A DNA stretch of 64,000 bases from Eledone cirrhosa (taxonomy: Eukaryota): positions 320,354,001 through 320,418,000 of the forward strand of contig OZ024740.1 in assembly GCA_964016885.1 (NCBI GenBank), in the 5' to 3' direction. Below the pieces are notes generated by a model. The model was not told the origin of the DNA. It saw only the letters and a list, made by a program, of their open reading frames with translations, and did not search any database. A program made the position numbers and the translations under genes. This document shows positions 49,262 through 63,996 of the stretch, in pieces (positions within the stretch are counted from its first letter, which is position 1; each line of letters begins with the position of its first letter).

Positions 49262-52200
49262 TTCTTCTGGTTTTATAATTTCACAAATTTTTTCCCAATA
49301 GAGAGAGAGTCGGTTTCTAACATACACACAAGACTCTCTCATTGGAATTTACACATCAACTAGGTAGATTATGTATGCATGCATGTGTAGATATGGATGT
49401 TATTGTATGTGTGGATGTGTATGTTTTGAGTTGTATGTGTGCATGTGTATATGCTTTGTATCTGTACATGTGTATATGCAGTTATTAGATGCAAAATTTT
49501 TGGAATGTTTTACATATTTTTACTGTTCCATTAATGGATTGTACTTGTAATTTCCTAACTAGTTGTGTTATTTCTGTTCCTGTGAAGCCTAGCTTCTCAA
49601 GATTTGTATTGAGGCAGTTACTAACATATCCCAGTGCCCCAATAATCACAGGCATAAATCTGAAGGTGTAATCAGGGTGGAGTATCTGCAGATTTCTCAT
49701 CAGTTCTGCATAAATATTCTCCTTTTCACTAATCTTTGATATTATATTGGCATCTGCTGGGCAGCTAATTTCCACTACTGTGCATGTTTTCTTCTCCCTG
49801 TCCCATATCATAATATCTGGTCTGTTATGCCTGCATTTTATTGGGGTTTTTACTGGAACATTCCACCAGTACTCCTTCATATTATGTACATGGATGCCTT
49901 CCATATTGTTGTAGCTTTTAATGTGTTTATTATCGGGGCTATCTTTTTTACGAATTGCATTGTACAGTGTTTTGGCCACTACATCATGCCTCATAGGTAG
50001 ATAGTACCGCGATGACATCTTTGGGCAGCTGCTGATGACATGGGTGATATCCTCGATGTTAGTTCTGCAGAGTCTGCACTTGTTATCACATCTAGGTGTT
50101 TTGCCTGCATCCCTATCTCTTTTGTGAATCAGGTATTTCGTGCTAATCTCCTGTTCTTGGATTGCAAAAGCGTGGGAGCCAATATAGCGGTTGTTGGTCC
50201 AAGATAGACTACTTTCCTTATCTATATTACTCTCACTTTGGAGCTTCCTGGCAACATATCCATGCATGATTTTTTTTGCTGATAGGCATGCAGTTTTTCA
50301 TCCATGGATTCACTGCGATACTGCTGAGCGACATCCCTGGGTGTGAGTTTTTGATTATCACACAGGGAATATCTCTCAAGGAGTTCCTTCCCAACTCTCA
50401 TGATCTTATCTGTTTCATGCAGATAGACTTGCTCGAGAAGCAGGCTCCTACGCTTCGAGGTTCGTAGATGTTGTCGGAGAGATATGATGTGATATTCAAA
50501 TGTTGTCTGGACTGATGTTAGGCCTCTGCCTCCCTGCTTACGTTTCAAGTAAAGGCGGTCTATGTCACTGTTGATGTGGAAGTTTCCGGTGTTGCTCAGT
50601 ATTTTTCGAGTTCCAACATCAACTGCTCGGATTTCATCAATCGTCCAATTGAGTATTCCAAACGTTGGTGTTAGGACAGGCACAGCAAACACATTGTGGG
50701 CCACTGTTTTGTTTTGCGCAGAGAGTTCCGATGACCAGATCTTTCTTAATCGGGTGTAGTATTCCCTGGTTACGCGTTCTTTATTACAGATACCATTATA
50801 GGATATGTTCTCATCTATCCCCAGGTATATGTAGCAGTCCTCATCAGATATCGGTGAAACAGTTAGACCATTGATAACAATGTTGCTAGATTGGGTTGTT
50901 GTTTTTCCCCGCTTTACAGTCATGTATGAGCATTTATCCTGGCCAAACCCCATTCCTATATCCTTTGAGAACGTTGTAACCAGGTCAAGATTTTTCTTCA
51001 TCCCATCCATGTTCTTGGCATAGAGTTTCAGATCGTCCACAAAGAAGTTATGGGTTAGGTTCGTATTTCTGTCCTCCTGTTAGCCAATGATGTATCCCTC
51101 ACATTTCTTGGGCAGAAAGGACAAGGGGTTTAATGACAAGATGAATAATATCACAGAGAGACTGTTCCCCTGAAATATACCCCTGCAATATTTTATTTTA
51201 TCAGTGAAAATAGAGTCCTCCCTCTCTGTTCTTAACCTTAGGATAGTAGCCCAAGAAGAAGACAGCCTCTCTATGGCTCTGACAATAATGTCTGGGACTT
51301 TAGCAAGTTGGAGAGCCTCTATCATCCAAGAGTGGGGAACAGAATCGAAAGCTTTCTTGTAGTCCAGCCAGACTGTAGTCATATTCCTCCTAAGTTGTCG
51401 CACCTCCGACATCGCAGTTTTGTTGATTAGGAGTTGTTCAGCACATCCCCAAACCCTTTTCTTTCCAGTTCCTTGTTCATCTGTGATGATGTTATTATTT
51501 TCACAGTGATCTTGGAGGAATAGGTTCAGGCAGGCTCTATACATCTTATACATCAGGTTCTGGCATGTAATGGGTCGGTAGTTTTTTGCCAAGGGGGTGT
51601 CTTTGTTCTTGGGGACCAGTAACGTTTGTGCTAATGTCAACCATTCTGGTATAAGTGTATCTCCCTTAAGAACTTGTTGGTAGAGGTCAGTAAGATACCT
51701 CCGATAGAATATCAGTTTTTTGTACCAGTAGCCGACAATCATGTCTCTTCCTGGTGTTTTCTTATCTTGGAGTTTTCCTATCACAATCTCAAGGGTACCC
51801 TCACTTATTTCATATGTTTTTGTTGTAGTGTAAAAGCAATAGTTCTTTCGGATTTTTCTTAGCCACACTGCATCTTGGTTGAAATTCTTCTTTTCACCCC
51901 ATATTTTTCTCCAAAAGGAATCTATGTCTTTCTGGGATGGGGCCTCAGTGACACTTATTATTTTGCCCTTCATATCTCTATAGACTGATGTTTGGTTTCG
52001 TCTGAATCTTTTATTAAGCATTTTTCTCTCTTCTACCTTCTTCAGGTATCGGCGTTTTTCACTAACAGCTCTCAATTCTTGTTTGAGGGTGATCAGCTTA
52101 TATTGGAGAGTTCTGGTTCTACTGTTACCAAACATCGTCTCTATTTTATTTTTCACTCTTTGTTGGTGGGGAGTGAGGTTTTTTTGTGTTTATTTGCATG

Positions 52201-53378
52201 TAAGGAGCATTATCACATGTCCTATGTTTTTTCGTAGGTCAGCACTCTTTTTTTCTATTTTAGTTATATATGATGGTATTTTTGGTGGTGTTTTGTTCTT
52301 GTTAATATCTCTGCTATCACCAAGATAATGCTTCACTGGCATTGCTAAGGCATATAAACAGGCGTTGATTTGCCAAAATGCTGGGGGTTTTATCCGTCGT
52401 AAATATTCATCCCCTATTTCGTCAATAACACGTAGTATTTCATTATTTGGTTTTTTATTCACCATTGTCATTTTAACACGTTCAGCCAGAGAGATATTTA
52501 TACATGAGTTAATTTCTCTCTGGAAGATTTCGTTGAGGGAAATTTTCAATTGTTTATACTTTTGATTATCATTATCGATAGTATTTTCCACAACAGTCGA
52601 GGTAGACTCGGATGGTATACGTGGTGTCACATTTATTCGATTATTATTATTATTTCCTCGATTATTATTATTATCGATAGTGTTTTCCCCAGCATTCGAG
52701 GTAGATTTAGATGATACACGTGGTGTCAAATTTCTTACAGGCATAGTTGTTTCAAGGCGCTGTTCGACCTGGCTGCTAGGAAGTCTAGTAGCACGGCGAT
52801 CTGTAGCACGTGTTGTTGATTCCATGTTTGTTATGGGGGGGACTTACAATTAATAATATTTATCTTATTTTTATGTTCAACAAACGTCGCTTGTTGGCGT
52901 AATTGTTTCGCTGTGAAATAATTTAGATCTGGGTGCATTTCGTCCCAGTGTAGCTTCATTCTATTCATATAGCCAATGGAGGGATTGTTTTTTGCCATTT
53001 TATAACAATTAAATAAATCATTATTAAGTTCGCAACTCCAAGAGAAATGCGATTTATAATTTCGGTTTCTTCTGTAGCTACAACTGAATAAAGTTTGATT
53101 ACCTTCTTTGTTATTTGTCTTCGATACTTCCTTAATTTTCTTGTTGATATTGTGTTCAGCCGTGCTGTTTGTAGCAAATCCTTGTAAAATGAATTATGTA
53201 TTTAGTCGGATATCTCTACGAATTCGAATAAAAGGTGTCTTCAGAAGATATAGTTAGAAGAATAACCAGTTATTCAACCTGGCTGTAGTTGTGGCATTAT
53301 TGTCGGAGATAGTATTCATCTTAAATTTAATAAATAGTCTCTCACGCCAAAATATGCGACTGATCACGTTGACTTACT
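49262..53378 (-). mobile_element. R4/Dong-like RLE retrotransposon, family B, near full length, frameshifted
   Basis: ORF pieces 52825-49485: WLDYKKAFDSVPH, GIFQGNSLS, VDDLKLY, CRLC..HVISSC, RHD, HNRPDIMIWD..VEIS. TATG repeats at both ends; 5' boundary approximate. Confidence 0.88.
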
Positions 53379-54949
53379 TGTATGTATGTATGTATGTATG
53401 TATGTATGTATGTATGTTTGTTTGTTTGTTTGTTTGTTTGTTTGTTTGTTTGTTTGTTTGTTTGTTTGTTTGTTTGTTTGTTCCAGAAACTCATGATAGA
53501 GTTGTAGGGACGCCGTATTGACATACGACGTTTCTTGGGCATTTTAAGCTTGGTGGAGCCCATGCCTTCTCCAGGCCTGAGTACAGCAGATTTCTTCCAG
53601 AGAGAGGAAGAATCGACCACACTGAGCAGAGAGTCAGAACGAATATAATACAACATTCTATCCGACGTTCTAACGACTCTGCCAATTCACCGCTATATTA
53701 AATGCAAACGTTGAACATTGGCTTAAAAAAAAACCTAAGCCAAGTTAAAAAACTGTCGCAAGGGCTCTTTCTTTCTTTGCATATCTTAAGTGATTAAGTT
53801 CACCCTTTACATTCAATATATGCGTCAAATTATTTATTTATATAAAATATCTTCAGTCTCATTTAGGTAGGAACACAGCCAGGGAAAAACATACACAGCT
53901 ACGTACATATACAAACAAACACACACACACACAAACACACACACACAAACACACACACAAACACACACACACACATACACACGCATACACACACACACAT
54001 AACTGTATACCTAAAATTGCAATTAAATACAGGATATTTGAAATCATCTAAAATTCATCATATTTATCGTCATCGTGGTCGTTGTCATCGTGCTCGTCGT
54101 TGTCATCATCATCATCATCGTCGTTATCATCGTCGTCATCATCATCTTCCACATCGTCATCGTCGTCAACATTAAAACATCAACATCACCATTAGTGGTG
54201 AATTAGGACGTACCCTGACTGGCTGTAGACAGCTGTCCATGCTATTGACCAAATTTGTTTTCTTTTTACACATTTTTTACGTAAACGCCATTATATCATA
54301 CCTTGTCCTTTGTACCTCTCTATTGTTTTTGAGTCATTGGGGCTGATAAAAAATATAATTAAGTATAATATTATCAGTGTGTGTGTGGGGGGGGGGGGTC
54401 ATGCTCCTCATAAAAATAAGATAGTGTAAAACCGAACATAGAGACACAAAGTATGAATAAAAGTAGTTACTGAGGAGGTCACAGAATGTGTGACAAAAGA
54501 GCTTTGACAATCAAAGACTAAGCAACTATCCGGTTATTAAACTGACTGGGAAATTATAATAATGAATTGAAGTGAAACCCAACAGATGTGTATGTTTTTA
54601 TTGGCAGGATGACCCTCCCAAACTATAACAATGCCACAAAGCATAATGTCCGACGCTCTAACGATTCTGCTAATCCACTGCCTTCTTATATATAATGGTT
54701 TCTGATTAAGGCACAAGGCCAGCAATTTAAATGGAATGGGAAAGTTGATTAAATCGACCCCAGTGCATTACTGGTACTTTATTTTATCGACCCCGTAAGA
54801 ATGAAAAGCAAACCTAACCTCGGCGGGATTTGAACTCAAACCGTAAAGGGCCGTCCGACCCTCTACCGATACTGCTAATCCGCCGCAATAATTGTTGGTG
54901 TAATATGGAGAAAGGCTTGAAACTTCAAAGCTGCCATAGGCTTTAGAGC

Positions 54950-57070
54950 ACAGGTTCTCAACCCATTTAGACCAAATGCCCCCTTTTGTCCCTCGAAATC
55001 ACGAAACGCCCCCCCCCCCCCCCCACACACACACAATCCCTATTTTTCCATTTTACAATATGCTATTGATTTTAATATCAGTCGATTACTAAAAAATTGA
55101 TTAACAATATTCCAAAGATATCATTGCAGGCAGCTGAGAGTATAAATACATTAGTCTTTGATTGTCAAAGCTCTTTTGTCACACATTCTGTGACCTCCTC
55201 AGTAACTACTTTTATTCATACTTTGTGTATAAATGTTCTTTTTTGTGAATAAGGAAGGCGCATGGCATTGGGCTTGCAATCTAAAGGTTGCGAGTTCAAT
55301 TCTCGGACCGGGTGATATGTTGTTTCCTTGAGCAAGACACTTTATTTCACATTGCTCCAGTTTACTCAGCTGAAAAATGAGATGATAGGACTGGGGTCCC
55401 TATCATTCCATTACAAAGTGGTCGTGGAGGTTCCACGGCAAAAAAAGCACCCAGCCCACACTGTAAAAGTGGTTGGTGTTAGGAAGGGCATCCAGCTGTA
55501 GAAATCAATCAAGAATCAGTTCCCGTATGAGCAAGACAAGGTCAGCCGACCGGACACTGACCACAACAGGACAACCCGTCTAACCTATGCTAGCGGGAAA
55601 GAACGGACGTAAAACTGTGCTGCTGAAGGACCAGTTGAATTTGTTATATTCCCACCAGGCGATACCAGCTATTTTGAACATTTATACAAGAGCAACTCTG
55701 CCTATCCCAACTGTGCTCTTATCTGGAAGAAAGTGGCAATTATATCATTTCAAAGCTTTCCAATGTTCCCTTTAATGAAACGGACAGGATAAATGTTGAT
55801 ATCTAACTTGATGTCCCCTCTGCTTTGTGAGCTTAGAGACCACGTAAGAGAGTATATTTATCAGTAAGTGGTAACATATATACAACAAATGAGTAAGTGA
55901 ATTATAGTAGATGGTTTCCAGTCCAGTCAGACTGCAACTACAAATAAAAACATTGTTAGTTTGCTTTGTAACAATAGCATATCCAAGTTTTCGGATAAAT
56001 CAACTTACTTTAACTTTGACCTCATTTCAATGGAACCCTTGAGCTTCATGGAGTCTAGCTAACTCTTTGACGTGAGGCTGAATGTTCGTAAGATGTAGCC
56101 AGAGATCTCCACGTGTAATTACATTGTAGTTGTTGCGAGACTTACTGTGCAGTCTGGAAACAGCACCAAACCTCCTCTCGACTAAGTATGAGCTTAGAAA
56201 AGGCAGAGCAAATCTCTTAGCCTCTGCATGTAGGAGTGGAAATCAACGCTGAATTTCCTCTTGCATCCAAAAAAGGGGTTCACCTATTTTGGGAAATCTA
56301 ATTTTGATCACGTCATCTGCTTGAAGTTCAATGAATTATTCCTGAAATTTAACGTCCAAATCGTCGACGGGATGAAGGGATCTGCTATCCACATTGGGAT
56401 GTCCATCGGCAAACGGTCAACAATGTTGTCTTATAGTGCACGGAGGTGAGCGGTATAAATTTGGAGTTGGTCATCGCTTACAATGTTTGGAACATTGGCG
56501 ACACTAGGAAAATTATAGAATTCCCGTCAACAAAGATTCCGTTCGATGACATTCAATTTGGCCAGGAATGTTTTCACAGCATTCCTTGCTTTAAGGAAGG
56601 TGATCTTCTTCCCCTGCAAAGCCATAATGACGCTATTGAATTTGTCAACGATGTCGGTGAGGTAAGCGCAGTTTTGCCTCATATCGAGGGTTTTCTTGTA
56701 CAGTTCTGTGTTTCGTTCTCGAAGAAACTCAATGATAGAGTCGAACAGTTCAAAGAAGTGAGTAAGGCAGTTGCCCTTTGAAATCCACTTCACTTCAGTA
56801 TGAAGGGGCAACTTGACGAATTCTTCGTCATTATCTTGGCACAGTTGCCGAAAAATTCGTTCATTGAGGGAATGGCGTTTGATAAAATTGATGACATCAA
56901 TGGCCACCTGCAAGAACTTGCTCAGCGGCTCACTGAGTTTCTTCGCAACCAAGTCTTGTCGATGAATGACACAATGAACAGCAAATACAGATAGATTTTC
57001 TCTATTCAGAAGAGTGACGAAACCCTTATGTTGGCCGACCATTGCTCTTGCGTCGTCCGTAGCACATGAT
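54950..57070 (-). mobile_element. Decayed Buster/Charlie-type hAT transposon with a nested SINE
   Basis: TDDARAMVG..GF, VHCVIHRQDL, LHTEVKWISKGNCL, PFLSSYLVERRF; hAT-like end caggttctcaacc at ~54951. Confidence 0.75.
55254..55620 (+). mobile_element. tRNA-derived SINE (family 2)
   Basis: gaaggcgcatggc head, B-box gagttcaattc, ccttgagcaagacactttatttcacattgctccag. Related heads at ~58123-58400 and ~59511-59780. Confidence 0.75.
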
Positions 57071-57634
57071 ACAATGTGTGTTGCATGTGGTCCTAGATGT
57101 ATGTATTACCTGCCTGTGTGTTTGTAATATTATTTATACAATAGGGAATAAAATAGATCTACATAGTGTTAACTCGTTACGGTTGAGTCAATAATTTCAG
57201 AAATGAAATACTGTTATCTTTGACCCAGTTGACTGTGGGTTTTTCCATGTTTAGGATCTCAATTGCGGTCAATGCCTAGATACGCCTGCACACCTGCTTA
57301 CAGCTGCGGTCAGATCATAGTTATGCTATCTGCATGGTCATTCAAGTGCATTCACACTGGCTGTCTCAGAGACATATAAATATGGCTTATAAAACTTACT
57401 AAAGTAAAGAGCCAGTAAAGGACATATTTTTAAATAATACATGTTTAAAATAAAAGTTGAAGTAGGTCATGTTTTTAAATAATACATGTTTAAAATAAAA
57501 TCTATTTTCCATAGTAACACTCACACACACATAAACATCAGCTAAGAAGACAAAATAATCGTAGCCATTGTATCTGTTTACGAACAAATCCACAGACAGG
57601 ACTTAATTTCTGATATTTTCTCTTAAAAGATATG

Positions 57635-57837
57635 TACGAAGGTTGGCTGAAATATTGATGACCAAGATACTCTCATAAAATAACTAAATGAAGTCTATAT
57701 TTCAACATAGTCCCTAGAAACAATGCAGTTATTAATAAGAGTTGAAATTAAGAGTTGAAATAAATGCTTGCACGATTTCACATGGCTAGCGTTACTCCTT
57801 CATAGTCAGCCTTCGAACTTTTCAGTTGAGCCTCGTA
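57635..57837. mobile_element. Mariner-like MITE
   Basis: TA-cgaaggttggctgaaa ... tttcagttgagcctcg-TA: imperfect TIRs with TA ends. Confidence 0.65.
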
Positions 57838-58434
57838 GAGTAGACTCATCTTACCAATGAATACATTAAGTAAGTAGTTTCGTCCGATACTCTTTATTTT
57901 TACTTTTCTCTATATAATAGCTGAACGTCTACATATAAAAGGAGAATAATGCTTCAATTCATTGAAAAGAAATATGATTCTTTCTCCCGATTCTACGTCG
58001 GTCGGGGTCGTATTTTGCAAGCCTTTGCTCGCCAATGTTTTCTTCGTGTTAAATATATTCCTACAGACACTAAGATTTACGTTTCGTTAATATAAAGAAT
58101 TGTGCTCCATCAAGGTATAATTTGAAGGCCCATGGCCTAATGTTTGACGTAGGATCGTAATGTCGTCGGTTCGAATCCTGGACGGGCTGTTGCGTTGTGT
58201 TCTTGAGAAAACACTTTATTTCACGTTGCTCCAGTTCACTCAGCTAAGAGTGAGTACTAGCAGTAGCTGGGGGAGCTAATCCTGTGATAGACCGGCGTTC
58301 TATACAGGGAGAGTCATATAATTGTCCTATCCAGAGAGATACCAAGGAAACCAGGAATAAACTCTGGCCTGATAAGACTTCTGCTTAGAACAGACTTATG
58401 AAAGTATAATTTGGTTAAACACACACCTTTGCAT

Positions 58435-58787
58435 CATTATCTATAAAAGGCAGATTGTTGTTGTTGTTGTGTGTGTGTGTGTGTGTGTATGTTCCATGTT
58501 TATACATTTGCACAATTTCAAACCTATTCGACTCAAAGTCTGTAAGAATGTTGTAAATCTTAGGTCAAACGATTTTATTTATTTATTTCAAACTCACCCA
58601 CAATTACGGAAATAATGGATAAAACTAAATACATGACGCTTTACCCCGCTAATACAATTTGAGATCCTCTCTCTACTCCCCTTAAAATTCGATAAAACTA
58701 CATACATGCTGCAACTTTCTCTTATATACGCTTAAACCACTCGTTACAAACTTCCTTTAGGAACTCAGAAGAGAGAAAGAAATGAAG

Positions 58788-58855
<68 letters not shown>

Positions 58856-59415
58856 TTTGTTTTTGTGTGGAACAGTCAAACATTTATTTACTTCAATGAC
58901 AACAATTATTCAAAAGCAACAGATAAATTTATTCAACAACAAAAAAAATAGCGATAAATCTTTTTTAAAACATCTCTCAACGAACGTGGAAGAAAGAAGT
59001 ATCAGTTTATTTACTATACACAATAATATCCTCTATGAGGTCACTAAACCTGCTAGAAACAGCAGCTAACTTTCCCCCATATCACACCCCTCCTTACTGT
59101 CTTAAATTTAGAAAACACACATTAGACAACCATGCAGAACAACTCCATCGCAGCTCTGTTGTTCGGCTGGCATCGTCTATGCGCGTGTTGCGCAAGTACT
59201 GTGAAACAATAAATTTCAACACTTCTTTGCACAAAGATAATATCCATAGGCGAAACTACAATTGTCACTGCTGGCGCAGCTCCTGCTTCGGCAGTCCAGA
59301 TCTGCAATTCATTCACCCAGTGCCTGGCAGACAAAAAAGTACTGCCATAAAATGGGTGGTGCAACCTAACTTTGGTGACTTACTGACCCCGAGCAACGCC
59401 GGGCTTTAATGCTAG
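58435..59415 (+). mobile_element. Non-autonomous Helitron-like element
   Basis: 5' tctataaaagg plus (GT)n; 3' hairpin cccgagcaacgccggg followed by CTAG|T at 59412-59416. 5' boundary approximate. Confidence 0.65.
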
Positions 59416-60388
59416 TCACATATAAACATGTATAAATCCCTTTAACTCACTTTCTCTTTCACTGGTATTGGATAGAACATGTATGTTAGTTTTTCTCTAT
59501 CTACGTAGTTGAAGGCGCAAGGTTAGGGTATTCGGCTCACGTTTTTAAGGTCGTGAGTTCGATTCCCGGCAGTCCTTGAGCAAAACACTTTATTTCACGT
59601 TGCTCCACTCAGCTGACCAGATTTGTCACATTCTGTGTCACGCTGAATCTTCCCGAGAACTACGTTAAAGGTACGCGTGTTTCTGGAATGCTCAGCCACT
59701 TACACGTTAATTTCACGAGTAAGCTGTTCTGTTGATCGTATCAACAGGAATACTCGTCGTCGTAACCGATGGAGTGCCACTACTCTATATAAATAGTTAT
59801 ATCATGTTAAATAATTGTTTCTACTTTTGGCACAAGGCCAGCAATAATCTCAGTGAATTACTGGTATTTTATTTTATCGACCCCGTAAGGATAAATTAAC
59901 GCAGTTCTTCCGTTTGTTATTGATAAAGTCTCTTTTGCTTTATTTAATTGTTTCAGTATATTTGGTGTCTCCTTAATTTCACTGCATCTATAATATCAAT
60001 CACTGCATCTATAATATCAATGTTGATTTCTAACATCTATAATATAATTTACGGAAATATTGTATTTTACGAATAAATATTTTCAGTTATCAAGTTATCA
60101 GCAGAGAGAGCGAGAGACAATCCACGAGGTGGGTGACAGGAAGATGAACTATAAAAAAAATTGAAAGAGGAGGACAAGAAGTGCACTCCTTGTCTTCCTC
60201 CTCTTTCAATCTTTTCTATATTTAATCGAAAATATGATTTTTTTTTTTTTTTTTGGCATTTTTATATGAGATATGGAAAAGCTGGGAAATTTAGATCGAT
60301 AATATATCTACATTCTTAACATAACTGAATGCCACACGGAAATACATAGGCATATAAGATCATGTTATATACATTCTATATCACACAC

Positions 60389-60486
<98 letters not shown>

Positions 60487-60525
60487 ATATTAATAAACGG
60501 AATATATAAGACTATAGCATCATAA

Positions 60526-60591
60526 TTTATTTCATAATATATATTTCGGAGATACTAAATTATAGTATGCCTTCTTCAAACAAAATACAAT
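60526..60591 (-). ncRNA. Degenerate hammerhead related to 42059-42123
   Basis: Minus strand: attgtattttgt TTGAAGA aggcatacta-taatt-tagtatctcc GAAA tatatatta tgaaataaa; first core C is T. Confidence 0.6.
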
Positions 60592-60609
60592 GTGTATATA
60601 TATAGAGAG

Positions 60610-60728
<119 letters not shown>

Positions 60729-60949
60729 CCTTGTCTGGCTTTCTGGAGAATAGAGGAAAGGTGTTTCCTCGAAAACCAGTATGACTCTAAAAACCGGTTT
60801 GTCTGTGTGTTTACATACAGAATAGCTGGACACTCACAGTAAAGTGTCCAGTGAAAAACTCGGTACATCTACATATGTACACGTGTGTGTATTCATATGC
60901 ATACTAGTATTTCAGTATACATATGTGGATGTACATTTTTAACTTAATT

Positions 60950-60986
<37 letters not shown>

Positions 60987-61450
60987 TATATAATTTCCTC
61001 CGCTGTGACTCGTCTGTTTCTTTCTTACTGCTTCCCCTTTTCTCTGTATCTCTTACTTCCTTTTACCCCCTCTAACAGTCACTCTCTCTGTTAGCCTCTT
61101 CCTCACACTTTCACTCACTCGCTCTCTGCTACTCCCTCTCCTACTTCCTCCCGTTTGACCTGTGCGAGATTCTTTCCTCACGCACATTTCGATCAGGTCG
61201 TATGGTCTTTATTCTCTCGCGTCTCCGATTTCACAGAACTTATGTTCATCGATTTCAAGGACTTGACTCCTTCTTCCTCACTTTTCGTTGCATTACCATC
61301 TTTGATTGTTTACTGTCTCGCTCGTTCCCCCTATTTACGTGTCCCAACGACTTTCTTTAGCCGTTACTCGAACCAACCGGAGGTATATGGTCTTTAAAGC
61401 GATGAAATACCAATGAAGGTTGGAAGATCACTGCTGAAGGACTAAATTTA

Positions 61451-61553
<103 letters not shown>

Positions 61554-61657
61554 AAAATTAATTTAATTAAATTAAATTAAGGGAGTCATGTCCGAGACAA
61601 GCGCCATATCCACCGTAGAATAAGCTCAAAGATTCCAATGAATAGATCCGAGCATTT

Positions 61658-62333
<676 letters not shown>

Positions 62334-62358
62334 TACTTGTGCGTGTGTATAAGTGAAC

Positions 62359-62613
62359 AAAGAAATCGTTTAGTGTAACATACGTTTATTTGGTAAGGGA
62401 CAATTCGGTAAGAGTCCTCCTCACAAACCGGGATTGCTCCTTGATTTCTTTCTGTTTAATAGTCTGAAGATGTGTCTCACGCTTCAGTTCAGTTAAATCT
62501 AGCTGTGCAATTGTTAGTGTACAATATTTCCATGACGCAATCAAATGTGAGCGTGACTGTTACTGCAACCGTATTTAGCCCAATAAACGGATGTTACACT
62601 AAATGATTTCTTT
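62359..62613. repeat. Short inverted repeat (~35-bp arms) around a PLE-like remnant
   Basis: aaagaaatcgtttagtgtaacatacgtttatt vs aataaacggatgttacactaaatgatttcttt; CTGAAGA at 62464. Confidence 0.6.
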
Positions 62614-62749
62614 ATTTATTTATACATAAATATATACATACCTATAGATATTTGTCTTCTTTACTCTCATTATTTTCGTTTTTTTACTACTGAATACCTT
62701 TTATTTTGTGTGTCTTTCCTTTGTGATCCTGTCTCTATTTTTTGTACTC

Positions 62750-62778
62750 CTGAAGAAGGGCTGTAGCCCGACACATCG
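62750..62778 (+). ncRNA. Degenerate minimal hammerhead
   Basis: CTGAAGA AGGGC-TGTA-GCCC GACA CATCG; same layout as 45128 but GAAA is GACA. Confidence 0.5.
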
Positions 62779-62941
62779 AACTTTCTTTCCCCTTTTCCAT
62801 ATAAGGCGTGACATTAATAAGACATTTGTATCTTTGTTTTGTCGTTTCCTTGAACTATATAGATATAAATATCCGTATGTGGTTGACGGCTGAGAGAAAG
62901 GAGTACTCAATACCGATGTAGAGTTTTAATATTTATTTTAT

Positions 62942-63032
62942 TAAGGCCGAATAGTGAGTCTTGTTACTCTGGAGTTTTCTTTGTGATAAACAGGCGAAAT
63001 TTCAGAGTAACAAGACTTACTATTCAGTCTTA
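62942..63032. repeat. Hairpin / inverted repeat
   Basis: taaggccgaatagtgagtcttgttactctg vs cagagtaacaagacttactattcagtctta, next to (TA)n. Confidence 0.75.
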
Positions 63033-63038
63033 ATAAAA

Positions 63039-63162
<124 letters not shown>

Positions 63163-63164
63163 GA

Positions 63165-63548
63165 GAATAAGGAAAAGTGAAGTAGTTTCAGATGTTCAAG
63201 TCCTTTAATCATAATGCTGTGATATATATTTCAATGGCGACAGTGGCCACACTGTTCCGTGCGCCAGTGCTGCGACATCGTCAGACAGCTTGTTACATAA
63301 TAAGGTTATGTTTCCGAGGCAATCCAAATTGAATCGACAGGGGAACGGACGAAGTGTGTGCTCTTGGGTTCTTCATCCGCTCCCTTGTGAGTACCAATTC
63401 ACCCCCACCGGTCTGCGCAGGCGCAAATCCGAAGGAAGTTGAGCATTAGCTACCGCAGAGTTCAACGAAATTCGCCTAGGCAGTTCCCCCTCACAGCATT
63501 ATTATTAAAGGACTTGAACATCTGAAACTACTTCGCTTTTCCTTATTC
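63165..63548. mobile_element. Fold-back PLE-type unit: ~58-bp arms, ~270-bp spacer
   Basis: 63165-63222 vs 63491-63548; extension to ~63625; flanked by (GA)n and (TA)n. Confidence 0.75.
63216..63289 (-). ncRNA. Type-I hammerhead ribozyme
   Basis: Minus strand: gctgt CTGACGA [long GC-rich imperfect stem II] GAAA tatatATC acagc; perfect 5-bp stem I, AUC triplet. Confidence 0.75.
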
Positions 63549-63802
63549 GATATTTACTCCGTCACTCCTATGTGGAATAAGTGCGTTGAGTGCTTGAATT
63601 GAATTGCATCAATATTTACCTTAAGTATATATATATATATATATATAGTGTGTGTGTAGGTAGTACGGTGAAATACTGGTGTTGGTACCAAATCAAGCAC
63701 TCTATGCACAGGCAGAGTGTATATAATAGAAAAAACGAGGAAGTTTCGTTTACATATGAAAAATATTTATTGCGTATCGACCTATTACGCGCGTTTCGCA
63801 GA

Positions 63803-63870
<68 letters not shown>

Positions 63871-63878
<8 letters not shown>

Positions 63879-63996
63879 TAAAATAACAGATTAAAGTTTA
63901 AGCAAAGAATCGCTGCTTTCACCCTTAACGGGATCCCGTTAAGGGTGAAAGCAGCGATTCTTTGCTTAAACTTTAATCTGTTATTTTAATAAATAT
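63871..63996. repeat. Perfect 126-bp palindrome without spacer
   Basis: Centre GGGA|TCCC at 63933/63934; 63-bp arms are exact reverse complements; (TA)n on the left. Confidence 0.92.

Noticed and set aside
54444-55228. Inverted 76-bp match (54444-54521 vs 55151-55228) as another fold-back unit
   Set aside because: One copy is internal to the hAT remnant, so this is probably two pieces of that transposon in opposite orientation; no ribozyme.
57040-57600. Possible 5' non-coding exon or promoter of the host gene
   Set aside because: Donor-like motifs exist, but nothing identifies a real exon without transcript data.
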